Source of the DNA: the human T2T-CHM13v2.0 reference genome, Homo sapiens | Length of the DNA: 64,000 nt | Direction: 5' to 3' | Assembly: GCA_009914755.4 (NCBI GenBank) | Contig: CP068257.2 | Coordinates: forward strand, 41,536,001 to 41,600,000 | In this document: positions 55,613 to 64,000 of the stretch, piece by piece | Numbering within the stretch: position 1 is the first letter of the stretch | Layout of the letters: each line of letters opens with the position of its first letter | Made by a program: the position numbers and the translations under genes | Notes under the pieces: model-generated | The model's input: the letters and a program-made list of their open reading frames with translations, nothing else | Databases searched by the model: none | What the model was told of the DNA's origin: nothing

Positions 55613-56713
55613 TAGGTCTAATCAAATGTTCCTGAAATTTGACTTTACAAAGATCTGCTAATTCAGAAGAAAGCGCTTTACTCCCAGAACTGTGAAGCCC
55701 TGCAATGGACAGACCCAGGTTACTCTACTCAACTGTGGCTTTTCCAGGAACCGCATCCATGGGAAATCCCAACTTCATCCCACTTTAGGGAGAGCCACAC
55801 ATTTGTACATTCTGCATTTTACTTTTTGTATTTTTGAAAGAAGGAGCAAATACGGTCACATAAAGTAACAAAACAACGATTGTTAGAAGGGCTTTGCATG
55901 AATCCCTTATTGTTCTGCTCTGCAACCTGACTTGGCCTCTATTCCTGGATGGCCACACCCAGATTTGTTCCCTCTTCGTCAAGCCAAGCCCAGGGGCTCT
56001 TGTATATCCCTGTCAGCCTCCCAGGATCCGGCACTGGCAGGCGCTTAGCACGTATCTGTCACAGGTGGTTTAATTATCTGTTTGGACCTTCTCAAGTTAC
56101 AATTCTAAGGAGTCCCAAGGAAGTAAAGTGATTTTAAAAACACAGAAAACAGTTTTCAGAATTTCTGCAGCCAGCCATGAAGGAGTAGCTAGGATGGAAC
56201 TTATGCTGTCTGTTTCTGTTTTTGTTTTTTGCCAAAAGAACTAGAAAGCTGGACAAAGCAGACAAAACAACTGGCTTTGGACATCAGGACAAAAGGCTGT
56301 GCAGGGCTGGCATCCCTAAGAGATAGGAAAAAAATGAAGTAAGTTGTGCAATCAACTCTGTTTTCTGGCTGGAGGCAGTTTTCATACTGTCAGGCAGGGA
56401 GGGGGAATCCAAGCAGAACATGGTGATCTAGCTGAATTGAGAAGAGTGGGCTATGGGGAGGCAGAGGTGAGACAGGGTAGCAGAGAGGAGGAAGATACTC
56501 AAATAAAGAAACTCAAATACCTGCATAAGGTCCCTTTGAGCATTCACTTAATACCAATCTGTACATGCGTAGGTGGAATTCCAGGAAGTGAATAAAGAAC
56601 AGTGAGGTGTTAAGCTGAACAATTCCTAGAACTCACACCAGGCTGCAAGAAATTTGAACTCCTTCTATTCAGTTGGAGACCTCATAGAGCACTTGGGGCA
56701 ATCAATAGACAAT

Positions 56714-57009
<296 letters not shown>

Positions 57010-57179
57010 TAGAGAATACAAAGGATCAAGCTTTAGTAGTAGGAATAAATTAACTCTAGAGTATAGGCAACTCTAGATAACCCCAAAAAAATGTAAAAGC
57101 AAGCCTCAAAAAGATCAACCTCATCTGCAAGTAACTTTATTACTTGCCAGAACAAATGTCAACACTATTTATAAAGGAA

Positions 57180-58900
57180 AAAAAAATCTATACGTTTATC
57201 AATGTTATATTCAAAATGCCTGTCACCCAATAAAATATGGTGAGATATGTGAAGCAAAGATTGTGATCCATAACTAGGAGAAAATATCAGTCCATCAAAT
57301 CAGGCCCAGGAATGATGGGAATGATAGAATTAGTAGATAAAAGAATTTTAAATGGCTATTATAAATATGCTCAAGCATGTAACAGAAAACATGAATGCAA
57401 ACGGAAGAGAAAAGGAAGGTATTGAAAAAAAAATGGGATGTCTAGAAATGAAAAATAATTTTTCAACTGAAAAGTTCACTAGAGGGGATCAACAGCAGAT
57501 TAAAAACTGCAGAAAAAAAGATCAGTAAGCTTGAAGACAGGGCAATAAAACCTGTCAAAACAGAAGTATATAGAGGAAAAAGACTGGAAAAAATGAACAG
57601 AGCCTCAGGAATGTTGTCTAACATGCTTGTAATTGGAATTCAAGAACAAAAGAAGGGTGAGAGAGAGTAGCGAGAAAATGCATTAGGAAAAATAATGGCC
57701 CCCAAAGTTGTCAAATTTGATAAAAAGTGTAAACCCACAGGTCCAAAAAGTAAAACAAATCTCAAACAGCGTAAACACTAATAAAAGTATATCAAGGTAT
57801 ATCATAATCAAGTTGCTGAAAACCTATGATAAAAAGAAAATTTTAAGAGTGTCTAGAGGAGGAGAATCCTTACATTTTAGGGGAACAACAATAAGGTGAC
57901 TGCAAACTTCTCTTTAGAAAAACGCAAGCTGGAAGGCAGTGGAATGACATCTTTAAAATACTCAGAGAAAAAGAATCTATTAACCAAAAATTTTATATTT
58001 AGCAAACATATCTTTCCAAAATGAAGGTGAAATACTTTTTCAGATACACACAAAAAATTAATATTTTTACTAGTGTGCCTATTCATCAATAAATATAAAA
58101 AGAACTTCTTTTAAGGTAAAAATGGAATCCTGGAAAACCCAATCTGAAATAAGCCAGGAAAGGAAAAATAAAAGAACAAAGAAGATGAATCAAATAGAAA
58201 ACAAATATCAAGTTGGTAGACTTGAACCCAACTATGTTAATAATTATATCAAATGTAAATGGTTTAAACATTCTAATTAAAATGCAGAAACTGTCAGGCT
58301 AGATTAAAAAAGCAAGACCCAATTATATGCTAACTACAGGAAATTAGCTTTAAATACAAAGACAGAGAAATAAAAGTGGAAGGAGGAAAATGATACACCA
58401 TGCAAACAGTAATCACAAGAGAGCTGGAGTGGCTAACACAGTAGACTGTAGGAAAGGAATAATATTACCAGAGATAAAGAGGGACATTTCATGATGATGA
58501 AAAAGCAAATTAATTCACCAAGAAGAAATAACAACCCTCAATTTGTATATTCCCAATAATAAACCTTCAAAATACACAAAGAAAATAATAATAGAAGTGA
58601 AAAGAGAAATAGAAATCTATACTTAGAGATTTCAAAACTTCTCTCTCAATTATTAATAGTGGACAGAAAATTCATAAGAATATGGAAGACTTGAACATGC
58701 TATCAACCAACTTGATCTAATTGACATTTGTGTAGAATTCCAACTAACAAAAGCAAAATACGTATTGTTTGCAGGTGCGTATAGAATTTACCAAAGTAGA
58801 TAATATTTTGACTATCAAACAATTCTCAAAGTTAAAAAGATTTAAATCAGGCAGAATATATTCTCTGACCACAGGGAATTAAACTTCCACAGTATTTCAG
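57180..58900 (+). mobile_element. Ancient L1 (LINE-1) fragment spanning the ORF1 3' part, inter-ORF region and ORF2 endonuclease-domain 5' part; degenerate, no intact ORF
   Basis: GAAAAGTTCACTAGAGGGGATCAACAGCAGATTAAAAACTGCAGAAAAAAAGATCAGTAAGCTTGAAGACAGGGCAATAAAACC...AAAAAATGAACAGAGCCTCAGGAATGTTG matches L1 ORF1 (ATTCACTAGATGGGCTCAACAGCAGA...GTGAACTTGAAGACAGATCAATAGAAA...AAAAATGAACAGAGCCTCAGGGACCTGTGGGAC). Downstream, AGACCCAATTATATGCTAACTACAGGAAATTAGCTTTAAATACAAAGACAG and ACACCATGCAAACAGTAATCACAAGAGAGCTGGAGTGGCTAACA match L1 ORF2 5' (GACCCAACTATATGCTGTCTACAAGAAACTCACTTCAAATATAA; ATACCATGCAAACATTAATCAAAAGAAAGCAGGAGTGGCTATA). Confidence 0.8.
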
Positions 58901-59504
58901 AAGCTAAGAGCTATACCATTTACCTGTCTATCTACTTTAAGGAACAGTGATAATTAATGTTCATAAAAATGAATTGAGGTGCTGAAAAAATCCTTATAAG
59001 GCATAAGACATGCCTTATATGTATGTCTTCAGAAAATTAAATGTAAAATAGGTATAATGTTAATATTTTATGAAATGTGCAAATGTACTCAAAATTGAGA
59101 GAGTAGTTCAAAGAAACCCATCCATATACCCGCCACTCAAATTTCACAATTATCAAGAATATAGGATATTTGCTTCACCAATTCAGTTGTTTTTTTTCTC
59201 TATGCGGAAAAATTTTGAAGCAGACCTCCAATACTATACGATTTTACTGCTGCATATTATAGTTTGCCTCTGTAAAAACTGGATATTTTCTCGAGTGATC
59301 CCAATTCCATGGTCACACTTACTGTAAGTCATAGTAATTTTTTGTGATCATAAGATCTTGGAGCTGTTGCAGTAGGGGGGAAACCTCAGTGCAGAACTAA
59401 GCTCAGCTCTAAATACAGCAAAGACAGCTGGGAATTCATAGCCAAAGAGCAAAGCAAAGGGGTCAGTGGATGGAAAAGTACTAACAGGAACTTAATTCCA
59501 TGTT

Positions 59505-59811
59505 TTATTAGTTTGCTAGCGCCACCAAAATAAAATCCACAGGCTGGATGGACATTAAATAACAGAAATTTATTCTCTCACAGTTTTGGAGGCTGGAAGT
59601 CCAAGATCAAGGTGTCATCAGGTTTGGTTTCTTCTGAGCCCTCTCTCCTTAACTGTCTTCTCCCTATGTCCTCACATGATCTTCCCTTTGTGTGTGCACA
59701 TGTCTGTGTCTCCTAATTTCCTCTTCTTATAAAGACACCAATCATATTGGATTAGGTCTCATTCATATCACATTATACTTTAATAAATTATTTTATTTTT
59801 TAGTTTTTTAT
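59505..59811 (+). mobile_element. MER/LTR-class repeat copy 3, 5' part (split by an Alu)
   Basis: CCACAGGCTGGATGGACATTAAATAACAGAAATTTATTCTCTCACAGTTTTGGAGGCTGGAAGTCCAAGATCAAGGTGTCATCAGGTTTGGTTTCTTCTGAGCCCTCTCTCC...TATGTCCTCACATGATCTTCCC...CTCTTCTTATAAAGACACCAATCATATTGGATTAGGTCTCA. Confidence 0.65.
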
Positions 59812-60087
59812 TTATTGATTTTTGAAACAAGGTCTTACTCTGCTGCCCAGGCTAGAGTGCAGTGGTGTGATTACAGCTCACCAGGCTCCCTGGGGTCAGG
59901 TGATTCTCCCACCTCAGGGACTACAGGCACATGCCACCATGCCTGGCTAATTTTTGTATTTTTTTGTAGAGATGGGGTTTTGCCATGTTACCCAGACTGG
60001 TCTCTGTCTTCTGGGCTCAAGCAATCCACCGACCTCAGCCTCCCAATGTGCTGAGGTTACAGTTGTGAGCCACTATGCCCAGCCCTT
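59812..60087 (-). mobile_element. Alu SINE (older, diverged) inserted into the MER-like repeat; TSD about TTAATAAATWATTT
   Basis: TTTATTGATTTTTGAAACAAGGTCTTACTCTGCTGCCCAGGCTAGAGTGCAGTGGTGTGATTACAGCTCACC...CTCCCAATGTGCTGAGGTTACAGTTGTGAGCCACTATGCCCAGCCC. TTTAATAAATTATTT / CTTAATAAATAATTT occur at the flanks. Confidence 0.85.
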
Positions 60088-60195
60088 AATAAATAATTTA
60101 AAGAATGTATCTTTAGATATAGTCACATTCTGAGGTACTACAGGTTAGGAATTTAACATGTAAATTTTGGGGAGACACAATTCAGCCATAACAGA
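60088..60195 (+). mobile_element. MER/LTR-class repeat copy 3, 3' part
   Basis: ATCTTTAGATATAGTCACATTCTGAGGTACTACAGGTTAGGAATTTAACATGTAAATTTTGGGGAGACACAATTCAGCCATAACAG. Confidence 0.65.
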
Positions 60196-61221
60196 CATCA
60201 AGGGTAGGAAGGTTCTTGCTAAAGGCAGGGCAATGACCTAGATATCAAAGGTTGGGGATGAGGGATTTGACCAGATACCAAAGATGGAGGGATTCTCACT
60301 AAGCTGACCTAACTCGTTTCTTGCTAAAACTGGGCTCATCAGCCCAAGGGTGTGGAGGGCTAAGGTTGAGGCCTAGTTGAGAAGGGGGCTCAAAGAAGAC
60401 TAAAGTTTGGTCAAGGAGGGTGTCTTTGTCAAAGGAGACCTCCCCATTTTCAACCAAATCCCCTGTTTCAACTTTCAACTCTCTCCTTCACCCCACCTTC
60501 CATAATACCTGATATATCCAATCCTGAGCCATTCTGGGATTCTGAAGTATATCCCGAAGTAGAAACTGAGTGTCTGTGAAAGGCAAACACATCTTGTCTT
60601 TGTTTTTTTGAAATGACTTTTGTTCCTCCTTGCTGAAGAACAGTTTAGCTGGGTATAAAAATTCCAGGTTGGTAGTAATTTTTCTTCAGCATGTTGTTAC
60701 ATCACTTTCAAGTCTTTTGGAAAGACTTGGAATATTGTTCTTAATGAGTCCATTGGCAGGTTTTTTCTCCTTTTTAGGAAATCTGTCTTTCTCCTAGTAG
60801 CTTTTAATAATTTTGTTTTTTTATTATCATGGATGTTTGTTTTTATTTATTCTGTTTGGCATTTGATGTGCCCTGAGTACTCATGTCTTCAATTCTGAAA
60901 AATTCTTAGCCATAACCTCTTCTTACAGTGCCACACTGATATTTCCTGTATTTTCTAAAATTGAAATTCCTAATAAGCTAATGTTAAATCTTCTCTATCT
61001 GGCTTCATCTTTTAACTTTTCTTTCATATTTTCCTTCTGTTGACATCTGTATATTATTGTCTCCATCAGTTTCTTGCTAAAAACTCCCAATTTACCAGTT
61101 CCCTCTTCTTTATGTAGTATTTATCCCACCCATTGAGATTTAAAAATAATTTCATGACCATATTTTTCATTTCTAACATTTTAAAATTGGTTCTTTCCTA
61201 TATTCTTCTGTCCTTCAAGAT

Positions 61222-61415
61222 TTTTTTTTATTATTTTAATTTTTTTTGAGACACAGCCTCACTCTGTTGCTTAGGTTGGAAGTTGGAGTACAGTGGTGCA
61301 ATCATAGCTCACTGCAGCTTTGAACTCTCGTGCTCAAACATTCCTGCTGCTTCAGTCTCCTAATTAGCTGGGACTGCAGGCACATGCCACCATGTCCAGC
61401 TAATTTTCAAATTTT
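61222..61415 (-). mobile_element. Older Alu, part A (right-arm complement), disrupted by a nested Alu
   Basis: TTTTTTTGAGACACAGCCTCACTCTGTTGCTTAGGTTGGAAGTTGGAGTACAGTGGTGCAATCATAGCTCACTGCAGCTTTGAACTC...GCTGGGACTGCAGGCACATGCCACCATGTCCAGCTAATTTTCAAATTTT. Confidence 0.8.
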
Positions 61416-61715
61416 TTTTTTTTTTTTTTTTTTTGAGACGGAGTCTCGCTCTTTCACCCAGGCTGGACTTCAGTGGCGCTATCTCGGCTCACTGCAAGCT
61501 CTGCCTCCTGGGTTCACACCATTCTCCTGCCTCAGACTGCCGAGTAGCTGGGACTACAGGCGCCAACCACCGCGCCTGGCTAATTTTTTGTATTTTAAGT
61601 AGAGACAGGGTTTCACCATGTTAGCCAGGATGGTCTCGATCTCCTGACCTCGTGATCCGCCCACCTTGGCCTCCCAAAGTGCTGGGATTACAGGCATGAG
61701 CCACCGCACCTGGCC
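61416..61715 (-). mobile_element. Young (AluY/S-like, close to consensus) Alu nested inside the older Alu; 14-bp TSD AATTTTCAAATTTT
   Basis: T19 head then GAGACGGAGTCTCGCTCTTTCACCCAGGCTGGACTTCAGTGGCGCTATCTCGGCTCACTGCAAGCTCTGCCTCCTGGGTTCACACCATTCTCCTGCCTCAGACTGCCGAGTAGCTGGGACTACAGGCGCCAACCACCGCGCCTGGCTAATTTTTTGTATTTTAAGTAGAGACAGGGTTTCACCATGTTAGCCAGGATGGTCTCGATCTCCTGACCTCGTGATCCGCCCACCTTGGCCTCCCAAAGTGCTGGGATTACAGGCATGAGCCACCGCACCTGGCC. AATTTTCAAATTTT occurs immediately before (61402-61415) and after (61716-61729). Confidence 0.9.
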
Positions 61716-61852
61716 AATTTTCAAATTTTTTAATAGAGACAGGATCTTGCTATGTTTCCCAGACTGATCTTGAACTCCTGGGCTGAAGTGATCCTCCTGC
61801 CTTGGCCTCCCAAAGTGCTGGGATTACAGGTGTGAGCCACTGCACCTGGCCT
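61716..61852 (-). mobile_element. Older Alu, part B (left-arm complement), continuation after the nested insertion
   Basis: AATTTTCAAATTTTTTAATAGAGACAGGATCTTGCTATGTTTCCCAGACTGATCTTGAACTCCTGGGCTGAAGTGATCCTCCTGCCTTGGCCTCCCAAAGTGCTGGGATTACAGGTGTGAGCCACTGCACCTGGCC. Confidence 0.8.
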
Positions 61853-64000
61853 CTATTCTTCTATTCTTTACTGATATCCTTTTTGGCTTGTTTGCAACTC
61901 TCTGAGGATTTTAAACATATATAAGGTTGTGACTCTTTTGGTTGGTTTATTGTTTTAATTTCTCCCATTTGTTGTGTTTATCGGCTGGGTTTCCTGATGT
62001 TGGTTTTTCTCATGTGTTCTGAAAGTTTAGTTTGTAAATTCACCTTAATTAGGTGTTTCCTTTTTTATTTTGCTTTTGCCTCTTCCCCACTGCTTGCCCC
62101 TCTGTGTGTGAGTTTTAGCAACCACCAATGGGTTCACAACTTAGAGCCAAGTCCTACCTCAGCAGACTGGGGTTTCCTCCCCGGGGGACCTGAAGCTCTG
62201 TGGCTGACCTGATCAGGTGCTGGTTACATGGCTATCTCTGTCCCCTGAAGGTAACAGCTTCTTTTAGACCCCCAGTTACAGGCAGAGAAGGCTAACACAG
62301 CCCAGTCCTAGCCACTGCCAGCTCCCTGGCCCATGCAGCAAGCTGGCCTCAGCCTGAATCTAGAGGCAGAGCCATCAGTGCCCATTGACCAGGCCAGCGG
62401 AGAGAGTATCTCCTGCTACTTCTGCCTTCTGAAGTCCTGAGTCTATGGCTTCAACTTCAGATTCCTGTTGAGAGTTTCTGTTCTTTTTCAGGCTCCATTA
62501 ACTTGCTTTTGAGCTCAGCTCTGCCTTGTTAAACATAAAAAGATTCACCATCGATAGGAGTTCGCGTGGGGTGGCTCCAGCATGAACTTGGCCAGCAGTT
62601 CTGCCGTGTTGTCCCTCACGCCTCTGAGTGGGGCTCCTGGCTCATATTCTCACAGCAGGCCTCTCCCCTCAACCCCTAACAGTGCAGCTTTCACATAGGG
62701 CCCCACCGCCTCTTGTCTAAATGAGCATCACCCTCTTCTGCCTGCCTGCAGCTGGGTGCCTGGCCAGCCTATGCTTTGCATTGTGAGGAGGTCAAGCCCT
62801 TGTTAAAGAGCATGTGAAGGCTCTCAGTGGACCTCAGGATAAAACCCTGACTCCTCCGCGAGGCTCAGTTTCTCCTTGTTCAGGCCCCTCCAGCTCCAGG
62901 GCTTTCCCAGTCCTGGGCTTTTCCTTCTGTGGCTTCCCAACTCCGTGTCTGGGATTAGGTGGCCTGGGTATTTCTACTGCAGGTTTCCCACGCTGAGCCA
63001 CACTGTAGGATCTCCTGTCCTCCGCTGGAAATGCCCTGGGGTTGCATCTCATGCTCCTGTAAATGTGGCCAGGAAGGAGACCCAGGGTTCTCCAGGGCTC
63101 CAGGGTTCTAGGGTCTCTGGGGCTTGGCACGTGTTTATATCATTAGCGTTAGAAGGCTTGGTCTCTCAGACAGCCCCACCTTCACGGTTCTAGCTCCTCA
63201 GTCCCACCACAAAGTGAATCACCCTTAGGCAGGGGTGGGACGGGAATGGTCATGAATGAGGGACCCTCTGCACCTGTGACTCAACCAAGCAGGGAAACAG
63301 CTTCTGTCTGAAAGGGGGAAAAGATCTGAAGAGCTAACGTATTGACAGAAGAGCCATCTCAGTGAGAAGCAGAGGCCGAAAATGAAAGTCAATATCCACC
63401 CAGAGAAAATCAAACGCCACACAACCTCCAGCGACTTCCCCGTCAATGCAAACCCCTTTGCTGTTCATATTTCAGTAAAGGGCACTCACTTCTTGGGACC
63501 CTGATTCATGGATCTATTTGGGCACAGTGCCTGCCCCTTTGTTCATAAGATCCATGTGCAATTAGAAGGAAGAAAATTCATTATTCATTCAGCATGGTCC
63601 TGGTATCCCTGAATCATAAGAAAAACAATTATCACTACAAAATAGCTATATGACACTACAGGGTAATGTCGGTTGTACTCAAGACACCTTACAGTGGGGA
63701 AAATCTTTCCTTGCTTATATGAAATCGAATCAGCGGTGATGTGTGGAAGACGTTTGATCAGGACCTGCCAGTGGGTGACGAGGGCGGCATAAGGAGGACT
63801 GTGGTGGGCACCCCCTCACCCACCCCTTCTCAGTGTCTCCCCCCACAGAGCAAGTGCAGGGCTGCCCAGGGCTGGGGGCACTATAAGAGTCTGAAGTGGC
63901 TTTTATAAATGAGTGATTCGATTGAAGAGCAATTTTAAAATTTACCTATGTATTTTGGTAGAAGAATCTCTATTTAGAGAGGGAGATGACAGTGGCCTTC

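Overview
This window is human (primate) genomic DNA. It carries about 27 Alu SINEs with typical TSDs, L1 fragments, a MaLR LTR and a recurrent MER-type repeat.

The only protein-coding gene I can support is the complete alpha-A crystallin gene, CRYAA, at 21q22.3. It lies on the + strand in three exons: 24194-24382, 25612-25734 and 27166-27375. Spliced together they encode the full 173-aa protein, [63 protein letters not shown] / [41 protein letters not shown] / [69 protein letters not shown]. All introns have GT-AG boundaries. There is a TATA box about 95 bp upstream of the ATG, a MARE-like palindrome further upstream, and an AATAAA about 500 nt after the stop. Intron 1 contains the vestigial alphaA-ins insert exon (pseudo-exon).

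The most unusual sequence-level feature is a cluster of strand-asymmetric tandem arrays. All are C+A-rich on the + strand except one G+T-rich array:
- a 4.1-kb (CCACACACT)n-type minisatellite starting about 1 kb downstream of the CRYAA poly(A) site;
- related CA-rich arrays at 14.9-15.8 kb, 36.9-37.2 kb and 46.8-47.2 kb;
- a roughly 1.1-kb GT-rich minisatellite at 38.7-39.8 kb;
- a 17-bp VNTR with about 42 copies at 51.2-51.9 kb;
- a roughly 40-bp repeat at 52.07-52.5 kb.

These arrays generate the very long six-frame 'ORFs' of up to 1392 aa in the ORF track. Those are stop-codon-free low-complexity artefacts, not genes. Two CpG-rich blocks, at about 8.7-9.4 kb and 27.9-28.75 kb, are candidate unannotated promoter or regulatory regions.

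There is no prokaryotic-style system, CRISPR array, rRNA or tRNA. Apart from CRYAA I cannot support any further protein-coding gene from sequence alone. All repeat coordinates are by eye and accurate to about 10 bp.
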